A DNA stretch of 41,413 bases from Acidimicrobiaceae bacterium (GTDB taxonomy: Bacteria; Actinomycetota; Acidimicrobiia; Acidimicrobiales; Bog-793), in the NCBI GenBank assembly GCA_027365385.1, contig DAHXNN010000136.1, positions 1 through 41,413 on the forward strand, read 5' to 3'. Within the stretch, counting starts at the first letter, position 1; each line of letters starts with the position of its first letter. The position numbers and the translations under genes were made by a program. Below the pieces are notes generated by a model. It searched no databases, was not told the origin of the DNA, and saw nothing but the letters and a program-made list of their open reading frames with translations. Below, in pieces: positions 8,453 to 19,105 of the stretch.

Positions 8453-9859
8453 GTGCCCCTGCCCCCACGTCGCGCCGCTCTCGCGGTCGCAGCAGCGCTC
8501 TTGTCCGTCCCCGTGCTCGCCGCGGGCAGCGGCGCAGCTGTCGTGACCACCGCCCGTGCGCCCCGGGGCACGGCTCAGGCGAGCACGCCCCGGGTTGCGA
8601 TCGTGGCGAGCAGCTTGCCCGTCGTCGAGACCGGCGAGCCGCTGGCGGTGCAGCTCGCAGCGGTCGGAGGGACGCCGCCCTACCAGTGGTCGCCCGTTGC
8701 GCTGCCCGCCGGGGTCACGATCAGCTCGACGGGTGAGATCGCTGGGGCACCGTCGGCAGCTGGTCACCAGAGCATCCAGATCGAGGTCGTGGACGCGCTG
8801 AACGCGACAGCGAAAGCGACACTCGTGCTCGACGTCCGGCCAGGGCCGGTGGTCGCGACGGCCTCGTTGGCGGACGGGATGGTCGGAGCCGACTACGCGA
8901 CGCGGCTCGCCGCGCGCGGGGGCACTCCGCCTTACAGCTGGTCTGTGGCAACTGGCCGCCTCGCAGGTGGGCTCGTCCTCGCCTCGTCCGGGTTGCTCAC
9001 CGGACGCCCGGGCACTCCCGGCACGACGACCTTCGACGCCCGTGTGACCGATGCGCTCGGTGCGGAGGCGACCGAGCAGCTGAGTGTCGTGGTAGCGCCG
9101 GCGGCCGCGGAGGGCTACGCCACCCTCGACGTCACAGGCCAGGCGGTCACCTACGGCATGAGCGCGCCGCCGACGCTCACGAGGAAGTCCTGGTACGCGT
9201 CCGGGATCGCGGCTACGCCCGACGGCGACGGCTACTGGCTCGTGAGCACGACGGGGCATGTCTACGGCGTCGGCGGCGCACGCAGCCTCGGCTCGGTCCC
9301 ACCTCGTACGCACGCTGGCCGCATCGCCGGGATCGCGGCGACGCCCGACGGCGACGGCTACTGGCTCGTGAGCACCATGGGGCGCGTCTTTGCCTTCGGT
9401 GGTGCCCAGCTGCTCGGCTCGATACCTCCCCGGGCGCTTGTCGGGAGCGTCATCGGCATAGCAGCGTCGCGGACCGGCATGGGCTACTGGCTCGCGACGT
9501 CGACCGGGCGCGTCTACCGCTTCGGAGCAGCACGCAGGCTCGGCTGGGTCACTCCGGGCACGCTCGTCGGAAGCATCGTCGGGATCGCAGCCGTACCCGG
9601 ATCCCCTGGCTACTGGTTGGCCGACGCGAACGGGCAGGTCTACGCCTACGGTGCAGCGCGCCAGCTCGCCGACTACGCGGGCAAGCCTGACCATGGTGTC
9701 GTTGCTATCGCGCCCGCCCCAGCCGACGCGGGCCCAGGCTATTGGCTGCTCACCCGATCGGGGGAGGTCTACGGCTTCGGCGCCGCGCGCAACATGACGC
9801 CGACGAACCAGCACGTGCCAGGAGCGACACGCGCGGTGGCGCTCGCTGCCAGCTCCTGA
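8453..9859 (+). CDS. Secreted protein with two putative Ig (He_PIG-like) domains and ~42-aa GIA.TP.G.GYWLV repeats
   Basis: Signal-like RRAALAVAAALLSVPVLA; two GGTPPY.W...LP.G...S.G.I.G.P units; five GYWL repeats. Start uncertain. Confidence 0.8.
   Translation: MPLPPRRAALAVAAALLSVPVLAAGSGAAVVTTARAPRGTAQASTPRVAIVASSLPVVETGEPLAVQLAAVGGTPPYQWSPVALPAGVTISSTGEIAGAPSAAGHQSIQIEVVDALNATAKATLVLDVRPGPVVATASLADGMVGADYATRLAARGGTPPYSWSVATGRLAGGLVLASSGLLTGRPGTPGTTTFDARVTDALGAEATEQLSVVVAPAAAEGYATLDVTGQAVTYGMSAPPTLTRKSWYASGIAATPDGDGYWLVSTTGHVYGVGGARSLGSVPPRTHAGRIAGIAATPDGDGYWLVSTMGRVFAFGGAQLLGSIPPRALVGSVIGIAASRTGMGYWLATSTGRVYRFGAARRLGWVTPGTLVGSIVGIAAVPGSPGYWLADANGQVYAYGAARQLADYAGKPDHGVVAIAPAPADAGPGYWLLTRSGEVYGFGAARNMTPTNQHVPGATRAVALAASS
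9201..9790 (+). repeat. Intragenic tandem repeats of about 126 bp (42 aa) encoding GYWL units
   Basis: ccgggatcgcggc(t/g)acgcccgacggcgacggctactggctcgtgagcac at 9201 and 9327, followed by more diverged copies. Confidence 0.85.
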
Positions 9860-9871
9860 CCGGGACGATTC

Positions 9872-9960
9872 TCTCAGGTAGTTCCCAGGCCGAGCCCAGC
9901 AACCGTGCAGGCAGGCCAGGCATGCTGTCAGGGAGGACGGGAGCTGGGAAGCTCCCGGGA
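9872..9960. promoter_or_regulatory. MprA/OmpR-type direct-repeat operator upstream of htrA
   Basis: TCTCAG-N5-TCCCAG-N5-GCCCAG-N5-GTGCAG (9872-9910, 11-bp period) plus an inverted pair CTGGGA-N5-CCGGGA (9944-9960). Confidence 0.55.
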
Positions 9961-10041
9961 AGCGGCCCAGCCGGCGCATGCGGGGACATGTCCCGATGCA
10001 ATGGGCGGGCCGTAAGGACGTGAGAGGACGAGGTGGGAGAT

Positions 10042-11511
10042 ATGGACGAGACCTACGACCCCGGCAAGCCGCTCGACGCCGTGCCCAGCGCCGGCGCGGA
10101 GCGCGCAGAGCCGACCCCGCTCCCGGCACCTGGCGCCGGGAGCGGGGCGTGGGAGCCCCTGATGCCGCTTTCGATGCCGCCGTTCGCCCCCCCGGCGGCG
10201 GCATCGGGCGGCGTCGGCGCAGGTGCCGTGCCCCCTGGAGGCGAGAGCACGACGGGTGCCACTCCTCCGGGGGGCGCGCCACCGGTCGTCCCGTGGCTCC
10301 CGGACGGGTCGGGCTGGTACGGGCCCACGGGCCCGGTTCCGCCAGCGGCAACGCCGGCGCGCAATGGCCGCAAGGCGTTCACCGTGGCTGCGGCTGCGGC
10401 ACTGCTCGCCGGCGGTCTCGGTGCAGGACTCGGCATCGCTTTCTCGGGGGGCACGTCCGGGTCGTCGACCGGAGCGAACGTGCCGGTCATCCCGACTCCG
10501 ACCCGGTCGACGGTGGCGAGCAGCGGGCCGACCGAGTCCACCGGGGCGATCGCGAAGGCGGTCGAACCGGCGATCGTCGACATCAACACCAACGTGGCGA
10601 GTCCGGCGAGCCAGGGCCAGGCGCAGGCAGCCGGGACCGGCATGATCATCACCTCGAGCGGCGAGGTGCTCACGAACAACCACGTCGTCGCAGATGCGAC
10701 GAAGATCACCGTCAGCATCCAGGGGCGCTCCGGAACCTACGGGGCGACCGTCATCGGGGTCGACCCACTGAAGGACGTCGCGCTCCTGCAGATCCAAGGG
10801 TTCTCCGGTACGCTCCCGACCGTCCGCCTCGGGAACTCCTCGACCGCAGCGGTCGGCAACCCCGTCGTCGCGATGGGGAACGCGCTCGGGCTCGGACAGC
10901 AACCGACGACGGTGACTGGCATCGTCTCCGCGCTCGGCAGGACCATCACGGCGAGCGACTCCTCGCCGACGAGCGTGAGCGAGACGCTCCATGGGCTCAT
11001 CGAGACCGACGCGCCGATCCAGCCCGGTGACTCCGGAGGGCCACTTCTAAATGGCCAGGGCCAGGTCATCGGTATGGATACGGCCGCGGCGTCGGCCTCG
11101 GGCAGCGGTACCGGCTCGACCCTCGGCTTCGCGATACCGATTAACGAGGCGCGGGCGATCGTCCAGCAGATGGAGCGCGGCAAGGCCGGCGGTGGGGTGG
11201 TGCTCGGCGAGACGGCCTTCCTCGGCGTCTTCGACGGCACGACGTCGAGCGTCGGCGGCTTCGGGTTCAGCCAGCCGACGGTGAGCGGGGTGCCGGTCTC
11301 CGACGTGGCGATCGGCAGCCCCGCCCAGGCAGCCGGCATCTCCGGTGGTGACACCATCACGGCGGTCGACTCGGTCGCGACCCCGACCGTGGCGTCGCTG
11401 CAGAAGGCCATCGAGTCGAAGAAGCCGGGCGACCAGGTCACCGTGACCTACGTCGACACGACCGGTACGTCCCACACGGCGACGGTCACCCTGATCGGCA
11501 TGCCGAAGTAG
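10042..11511 (+). CDS. HtrA/PepD-like S1C serine protease with TM anchor and one PDZ domain
   Basis: AGTGMI, LTNNHVV (His), DVALL (Asp), IETDAPIQPGDSGGPL (Ser), GFAIPI, C-terminal PDZ (SPAQAAGI..GD.IT.VD); Pro-rich N-terminus and TM helix. Confidence 0.93.
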   Translation: MDETYDPGKPLDAVPSAGAERAEPTPLPAPGAGSGAWEPLMPLSMPPFAPPAAASGGVGAGAVPPGGESTTGATPPGGAPPVVPWLPDGSGWYGPTGPVPPAATPARNGRKAFTVAAAAALLAGGLGAGLGIAFSGGTSGSSTGANVPVIPTPTRSTVASSGPTESTGAIAKAVEPAIVDINTNVASPASQGQAQAAGTGMIITSSGEVLTNNHVVADATKITVSIQGRSGTYGATVIGVDPLKDVALLQIQGFSGTLPTVRLGNSSTAAVGNPVVAMGNALGLGQQPTTVTGIVSALGRTITASDSSPTSVSETLHGLIETDAPIQPGDSGGPLLNGQGQVIGMDTAAASASGSGTGSTLGFAIPINEARAIVQQMERGKAGGGVVLGETAFLGVFDGTTSSVGGFGFSQPTVSGVPVSDVAIGSPAQAAGISGGDTITAVDSVATPTVASLQKAIESKKPGDQVTVTYVDTTGTSHTATVTLIGMPK

Positions 11512-11772
11512 TTCCTTGCCTGGCCCAGGAGTGAAGGGCCCAGGAGTGGTGACACAGGGCCGGGCGGCTGGCGCCCGGCCCTGCTGCGTCGCGTGCGCTC
11601 GTGTCGCCGCATTCCGAGCACCTCTGTCACAGCGGCGCGGCAAGCTCGCTGTCGGATCCGATGGACCTGGAGGTGGTCGTGGAGGACGAGCTCGAACGAC
11701 GCAGGAAGGCGCGGCTTGCAGAGACCACCGAGCTGCGAGCTCGCGTCGCTGCGCTCGAGGCCCTCCTCGGTG

Positions 11773-12093
11773 TCACGCCTCGCGCTGGCGAGCGACCTCC
11801 TCTTCGAGACGCTCCACTCGGGCTCGCAGCTCGGCCATCTCCTCGTCGCGAGCCCCGGGGCGAACTGGGCGCGCTGGAGCAGCCGAGCCGAGACGCTCGA
11901 GCACCTCGTCCGTCGTCACGTCGAGCGCGTGGGCGATGGCGTGGGCGTGCGTCACGTTGGGGAGGGTCTGGCCGAGAAGCCAACGGCTGGCCGTCTGCTG
12001 GCTGACGTTCGTCGCGTTGGCGAGGTCACGCTGGAGCCAGCCATGCGCGTCGACCTTGTGCCTCAGCCAGCCGGAGAATCCGATCGTGCTCAC
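11773..12093 (-). CDS. XRE-family HTH regulator with C-terminal coiled coil
   Basis: GWLQRDLANATNVSQQTASRWLLGQTLP...IAHALDV HTH, then EEMAELRARVERLEEEV. Start taken as GTG 12093 (alternative 12138). Confidence 0.8.
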   Translation of the reverse strand: MSTIGFSGWLRHKVDAHGWLQRDLANATNVSQQTASRWLLGQTLPNVTHAHAIAHALDVTTDEVLERLGSAAPARPVRPGARDEEMAELRARVERLEEEVARQREA

Positions 12094-12232
12094 GTACGTA
12101 GTTGTATCCGATCCAGCGATGGTCTGTGACAAGCCCACTTGTGCCTCTCGGGTGAAGCACGCCAGCAGAACGGTGAGCGGAGTTCAACGCAATGTGGAGA
12201 CACGTACACGAGTATGCGTTACAGTGCGTAGT

Positions 12233-12556
12233 ATGTCGCGTCCTCGAGACCGTGCAACGCACGCTGCACCGGCAAGCGACGAGGCGTGCTCGTGGGCACG
12301 CCTCGTCCGTGAGCGGCGACGCGAGCTCAGGCTCTCCCAGCTCGAGCTCGGCAGGCGAGCGGGTCTCACCCAGCAGGCGGTTTCGTACATCGAGCGTGGG
12401 ATCGGGATCCCTCGCGTGACGACGATGGTGCGAGTCGCGCGCTCGCTGGGCACGACGGTCGAGCAGCTCGTGCCCGATACGGATGGTCCAGATGGTCCCG
12501 ATGTGGACGCCGGGGCCCGTCCCGATCTGGAGCTCCCGTCGGGCACCGAGCCGTAG
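12233..12556 (+). CDS. XRE-family HTH regulator (divergent partner)
   Basis: VRERRRELRLSQLELGRRAGLTQQAVSYIERGIGIPRVTTMVRVARSLGTTVEQL; ATG 12233 with TACAGT 7 nt upstream. Confidence 0.85.
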   Translation: MSRPRDRATHAAPASDEACSWARLVRERRRELRLSQLELGRRAGLTQQAVSYIERGIGIPRVTTMVRVARSLGTTVEQLVPDTDGPDGPDVDAGARPDLELPSGTEP

Positions 12557-12595
12557 TCTGGCGAAGGCGAGACGATCGACGAGGAGGACGACGAC

Positions 12596-12997
12596 GTGGG
12601 CGATCCCGAGGTGCGTAGCGACGACGAATGGAAGCAGGCACTCTCGCCCGAGCAGTACGGCGTGCTCCGCTGCTCGGCTACGGAGGCCCCGTTCACAGGG
12701 CGCTACGTCGACTGCCACGACGACGGGACGTACCGCTGCGCCGCCTGCGGCGCGGCGCTGTTCTCCTCGGGGACGAAGTTCGACTCCGGTTCGGGATGGC
12801 CGAGCTTCACCGAGCCCGCCGTAGCGAGCGCTGTCGAGCTACGAGAGGACAGGAGCCATGGAATGGTGCGCACCGAGGTGGTGTGCCGTACCTGTGGCTC
12901 TCACCTCGGCCACGTGTTCGATGACGGTCCCGGCCCGACCGGCCGGCGCTACTGCATCAACTCGCTGGCGCTCGACCTCGACCCGATGCTTCCCTGA
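12596..12997 (+). CDS. msrB: Peptide-methionine (R)-S-oxide reductase MsrB
   Basis: EW...L.PEQY.VLR..ATE.PF.G, two CxxC Zn motifs, [29 protein letters not shown]; GAGGAGG RBS. Confidence 0.96.
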   Translation: MGDPEVRSDDEWKQALSPEQYGVLRCSATEAPFTGRYVDCHDDGTYRCAACGAALFSSGTKFDSGSGWPSFTEPAVASAVELREDRSHGMVRTEVVCRTCGSHLGHVFDDGPGPTGRRYCINSLALDLDPMLP

Positions 12998-13042
12998 GCA
13001 TCTCGTCACACGACCGCGGCTACGCACTCCACCGGACGCGCC

Positions 13043-13402
13043 TCACGGTGCCGAGCTGCGGTCGCGCGTATGCAGGCTGGCGAGGTAGCTGTTGTATGCG
13101 GCCATCTCCTCGTCGTGCGATCGGATGTCATCGCCCTCCGGCGCCGCCGCCCGCGGCTCGGGGGTGATGGTGTCCGCGCCCTCTCGAGCGCGGTCCTTCG
13201 CGACGTCGTGGACGAGCCGCCACCACATGAACATCGCGTAGGCCGAGAAGAACGGCCACTCGACCGTGTAGGCCCAGCTCAAGTCGTTGCCACCGAGTGC
13301 CCGGTGAAGCTGCCACCAGCCGAGCCACAAGAAGCCCGGAACGACGACCAGCACCGTTGCATGCAAGCCGAGTGCCCTCGGGGACAACCACGTGCGCCGC
13401 AC
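13043..13402 (-). CDS. Actinobacterial two-TM membrane protein (LGWWQ..RA..GN.LSWAY..EWP.F motif)
   Basis: Two hydrophobic helices and a C-terminal AAYN.YLA motif; TAGCGT 6 nt upstream of the GTG start. Confidence 0.8.
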   Translation of the reverse strand: MRRTWLSPRALGLHATVLVVVPGFLWLGWWQLHRALGGNDLSWAYTVEWPFFSAYAMFMWWRLVHDVAKDRAREGADTITPEPRAAAPEGDDIRSHDEEMAAYNSYLASLHTRDRSSAP

Positions 13403-13636
13403 AGCCTGACGCTAGGCCGCAAGGTCTCCCTGCTGCTGGTCGCGGGTGGTCGGTGTGCTCACGCCTGCCGTCCGTTGTCGTGCACCTCGGCGGGTGCGGG
13501 AGCCCGTAGGCTCGGTCGACGCTCGAACTTCGTGCGCCGTTGCCGTTAGTCGAGCTGGCTGTCTCGCACGCCGGGCGCTCCATGATGCATGCTCGCGGGG
13601 AGGGGGAGCCGATAGCGAGATCCGGGAGACGAGCAG

Positions 13637-13954
13637 ATGATCATCGTGAAGATCGAGCGCTGGCCCGACCAGGTCGATCCCGACGACCCTCAGGAGAAGC
13701 AGAGACCGCACACCGACATCGCACGTGCCGTCATCCGCAACGACCACACCGGAACACACGAGACGGGGAACTACCACGTCGAGCTCTACGACCCACCTGC
13801 GTACAACCCGTGGGCCGGCGTCGTGCTCGAGACCGAGGTCCACGAGTTCCCGCGGCGGGAGCTCGGTGCGTGGGATCTCCTCTACCAGGCGCTCGACTCT
13901 CTCGTGCGCGACCGCAACGCGCAGCAGCAAGGTGCTGCGGTCGCCGACCTGTGA
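13637..13954 (+). CDS. Small hypothetical protein (MIIVKIE.WP...I.ND.TGT...GNY...FPR.....WDLL..AL)
   Basis: GGAG RBS upstream, clean coding composition, stop overlaps the next start (GTGA). Confidence 0.75.
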   Translation: MIIVKIERWPDQVDPDDPQEKQRPHTDIARAVIRNDHTGTHETGNYHVELYDPPAYNPWAGVVLETEVHEFPRRELGAWDLLYQALDSLVRDRNAQQQGAAVADL

Positions 13955-15249
13955 CGTCAGCTCCAGGAGCGACGAGCGGCGTCGGCGGCCGATGGTCCGG
14001 CTCCGGGATTCACGAGACATGGCTGCGTAGCGAGGCGCTCCGGCTCCTGCAGTTCTTCCGGGCGACGGTCGACCCCGGTGGGCGGTTCGTCGAGCTGGAC
14101 GACGAGCGTCGACCGATGCCGACGGGATGCCCCCCGGCGACCGAGCCGCGGCAGAGCCTTCTCACCGTCGCGCGCGCCGTCCATGGCTATGCGCTGGGCG
14201 AGCTCGTCGGCGTGCCGGGATCGCGTCCGATCGTTGCCCGTGGCCTCGACGTGCTCTGGACGGAGCACCGGGACACCGTGAACGGCGGTTACGTCGAGGC
14301 CACCGGGAGCCCGAGCGCGACGGTGACGACGAAGTCAGCGTACGGCCATGCCTTCGTCCTGCTCGCGGCGTCGAGCGGCATTGCGGCTGGCCACGACATC
14401 GCCCGAGCGCTCTATGACGACGTCCTGCGCGTCATCGGCGAACGTTTCTGGTCGCCGGAGGAGGGCGCGTCCCGCGAGGCGTTCTCTGCCGACTGGTCGG
14501 AGCTCGAGGACTACCGAGGCGCGAACAGCAACATGCACATGTGCGAGGCCTTCCTCGCCGCCTCCGACGTCACCGGTGACGACGAGCTTGCGGCACGTGC
14601 GCTACGCATAGCGCAGCTGCTCATCGGAGATCGCGCTCGTGGCAACGGCTGGCTGCTGCCGGAGCACTACGACAGGTCCTGGCACCCCGAGCTCGAGTAC
14701 AACCGTGACCAGCCCGATCATCCCTTCCGTCCCTACGGTGTGACGATCGGTCACCTGCTCGAGTGGTCGCGGCTCGTGCTGTCGACGTGGCTCGCCACAG
14801 GCAGGAGCGACGTCTGGCTCGTCGAGGCGGCGGAGGCATTGTTCGACCGCGCTGTCGCGCTCGGTTGGGACCGTGAGCACGGCGGTCTCGCCTACACGGT
14901 CGGCTGGGACGGCACTCCGGTGAACGACGACCACTACTGGTGGCCCATCGCGGAAGGAATCGGCGCGAGCTCGTATCTCGGCGAGCTTGTCGGCGGTGCC
15001 CGCTACGAGGAGTGGTACCGCAGGTTCTGGGACTTCGCGGCCGAGCACCTCATCGACGACGAGCGCGGAGGCTGGTACGCCCAGCTCGACGTTGCGAACC
15101 GCCGAAAGGTCCATCCTTGGTACGGCAAGCCGGACCTCTACCACGCCCTCCAGGCCTGCCTGCTCCCACTTGCCGCGCCGGCTCCCGCGCTGGCGGCGGA
15201 GCTGCGACGTGACGCCGAGGGTCGTGGCATCTCCGGGGTGCGGGGCTGA
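13951..15249 (+). CDS. AGE-family sugar epimerase/isomerase (YihS / D-mannose isomerase-like)
   Basis: KSAYGHAFVLLAAS, YRGANSNMHMCEAFL, PEHYD..W, PFRPYG.T.GH.LEWSRL, WW..AEG, W.GKPDLYHALQA. Confidence 0.9.
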   Translation: MTSAPGATSGVGGRWSGSGIHETWLRSEALRLLQFFRATVDPGGRFVELDDERRPMPTGCPPATEPRQSLLTVARAVHGYALGELVGVPGSRPIVARGLDVLWTEHRDTVNGGYVEATGSPSATVTTKSAYGHAFVLLAASSGIAAGHDIARALYDDVLRVIGERFWSPEEGASREAFSADWSELEDYRGANSNMHMCEAFLAASDVTGDDELAARALRIAQLLIGDRARGNGWLLPEHYDRSWHPELEYNRDQPDHPFRPYGVTIGHLLEWSRLVLSTWLATGRSDVWLVEAAEALFDRAVALGWDREHGGLAYTVGWDGTPVNDDHYWWPIAEGIGASSYLGELVGGARYEEWYRRFWDFAAEHLIDDERGGWYAQLDVANRRKVHPWYGKPDLYHALQACLLPLAAPAPALAAELRRDAEGRGISGVRG

Positions 15250-15251
15250 CC

Positions 15252-15974
15252 GTGACGACGACTGTCATGCGCCAGGGGCGGGAGCGATGGGGAGCCGGCC
15301 CGGAGGCCGTCGTGCTTGACCTCGACGGCACGCTTGTCGACAGCGTCTACCAGCACGTCGTCGCCTGGCAGGAGGCGCTCGAGGAGATCGGTGTCTCGCT
15401 CCCCGCGTGGCGCGTGCACCGGCGGATCGGGATGAGCGGCGCGGCCTTCGTCGACGACCTGACCCGTGAGGCCGGTGTGGTCGTCGACGAGGTGGTCCTC
15501 CGACGGCTCTCGTCGGCCCATGCCGACGCTCTCAGCCGCCAGAGCGCGTCGGTTGGCGTCTTGCCCGGAGCCGAGCCGCTTCTCGCCGAGCTGTCCCGCA
15601 TCGGCCTACCGTGGGCCGTAACGACGAATGGGACCCTCCGGCTCGCGTGCCCCGCGCTCGAGCTGCTCGGCGTGCCCGACGCGGTGCTCGTCTGCGGTGA
15701 CGAGGTGCGCCGGGCGCCAAGGGCGCCGCGGACCCTCGACCTCGTGCTCGTCGCCGCAGCGCGGCTGCACGTCCTTCCGGCGTCGTGCGTCGTGGTCGGC
15801 GACTCGGTGTGGGACCTGCTCGCCGCCCGGCGCGCCGGAGCAGGTGCCATCGGCGTGCTGTCGGGCGGCTACGGGCGCGAGGAGCTCGAGCGTGCCGGCG
15901 CGTCGCGCGTGTTCGACGACGCCAACGACCTGCTCGCGCATCTCGGCGAGGTCGGGATCCGCTCACCGGGCTGA
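15252..15974 (+). CDS. HAD-superfamily hydrolase
   Basis: Motif I LDLDGTLVDS, motif II VTTN, motif IV VGDSVWD; the motif III Lys appears absent. Confidence 0.88.
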   Translation: MTTTVMRQGRERWGAGPEAVVLDLDGTLVDSVYQHVVAWQEALEEIGVSLPAWRVHRRIGMSGAAFVDDLTREAGVVVDEVVLRRLSSAHADALSRQSASVGVLPGAEPLLAELSRIGLPWAVTTNGTLRLACPALELLGVPDAVLVCGDEVRRAPRAPRTLDLVLVAAARLHVLPASCVVVGDSVWDLLAARRAGAGAIGVLSGGYGREELERAGASRVFDDANDLLAHLGEVGIRSPG

Positions 15975-15981
15975 TCCGCTT

Positions 15982-17004
15982 CTAGCGCGTCGTCGGACGC
16001 GCAGCTGGTGGCGAGTCCGCCGCCGGCCACGAGCCTGCACCGCTCTCGCCCTCGTCCTCGACCGGAGCCGCTGTGCGTTCGAGGATCTCGACGACGATCC
16101 CGCCGGCAGACGTGCCGCGCAGGCGAGCGGACGCGCTCAGGTTGATCCTGTGGGCGAGCACGGGGACGGCAAGCGCCTTCACGTCGTCCGGCAGGACGTA
16201 GGAGCGGTCGTCGAGCAGGGCACGCGCCTGGCAGGCGCGGTGGAGGGCGAGCGCCGCCCGTGGGCTCGCCCCGAGGGTGAGGCGGTCGTCCTCGCGGGTC
16301 GCCCGCACGACGTCGAGGAGGTAGGCCAGCACGTCGTCGCCGACCACTACGTCGGCACGCTGCCGCTGGAGCGCGAGGAGCCCGGCGGGATCGGTCACCG
16401 GTGCGAGCTCGGGCACGTCGTCGTGCTCGAAGCGGCGGAGGATGTCGTGCTCCTCGCCACGGTCCGGGTAGCCGAGAGCGACGCGCACGAGGAAGCGGTC
16501 CAGCTGCGCCTCGGGAAGCGGGAACGTCCCCTCGAGCTCGACCGGGTTCTGTGTCGCGAGGACGAGGAATGGCTCGGGCAGTATTCGGGTCTCGCCGTCG
16601 ACTGTGACCTGGCGTTCTTCCATCGCCTCGAGCAGTGCCGACTGCGCTCGCGGGGTCGCGCGGTTCACCTCGTCGGCGAGCAGCACCTGGGTGAACACCG
16701 GGCCCGGTCGGAACTCGAAGCCCGCGGTCGCCTGGTTGAACACGCTCGAACCGGTGATGTCGGACGGCATCACGTCGGGCGTGAGCTGGACTCGTCGGAA
16801 GTCGCAGCCGAGGACGCGCGCGAACGAACGGGCCAGCAGGGTCTTTCCGACGCCGGGGACGTCCTCGACGAGCGCATGGCCACGGCAGAGGAGCGCGACG
16901 AGCAGGAGCTCGAGGGCGTGCTCGTTGCCGACGACGACCGAGCCCACCGCCTCGCGGATCAGCGAGACCACCGTCCCGGCCGGGTGACTGGTCCCGGGAG
17001 CCAT
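15982..17004 (-). CDS. MoxR-family AAA+ ATPase
   Basis: LVEDVPGVGKT, RVQLTPD.MPSDITG, LADEVNRATPRAQSALLEAMEE, ATQNPVE.EGTFPLPEAQLDRF, GASPRA. Confidence 0.93.
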   Translation of the reverse strand: MAPGTSHPAGTVVSLIREAVGSVVVGNEHALELLLVALLCRGHALVEDVPGVGKTLLARSFARVLGCDFRRVQLTPDVMPSDITGSSVFNQATAGFEFRPGPVFTQVLLADEVNRATPRAQSALLEAMEERQVTVDGETRILPEPFLVLATQNPVELEGTFPLPEAQLDRFLVRVALGYPDRGEEHDILRRFEHDDVPELAPVTDPAGLLALQRQRADVVVGDDVLAYLLDVVRATREDDRLTLGASPRAALALHRACQARALLDDRSYVLPDDVKALAVPVLAHRINLSASARLRGTSAGGIVVEILERTAAPVEDEGESGAGSWPAADSPPAARPTTR

Positions 17005-17026
17005 ACGAGGATCGTCCACGGCGCGA

Positions 17027-17070
17027 CCCTATTCGCCGACGGATGGCCCTATTCGCCGACGGGCAGCCCT

Positions 17071-17072
<2 letters not shown>
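17027..17072. repeat. Tandem direct repeat with 20-bp period between divergent genes
   Basis: ccctattcgccgacgg at 17027-17042 and 17047-17062; partial third copy ccctat at 17067-17072. Confidence 0.85.
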
Positions 17073-19058
<1,986 letters not shown>

Positions 19059-19105
19059 GCCCTTGCAAGGCACAGCCAGCCTGTGCCCGCGCGGGAGTGC
19101 TCCCG

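Noticed and set aside
9201-9790. Regularly spaced repeats as a possible CRISPR array
   Set aside because: In-frame 126-bp coding repeats that diverge at codon third positions; no cas genes.
11522-11548. 12-bp direct repeat ggcccaggagtg x2 after htrA as a possible att site of an XRE-carrying element
   Set aside because: The copies are only 15 bp apart and I found no matching copy on the far side of the XRE pair.
13589-13615. Sigma-28/WhiG-like promoter (GCCGATAG) upstream of the 105-aa ORF
   Set aside because: The -10-like match has no convincing TAAA-type -35 at the proper spacing.
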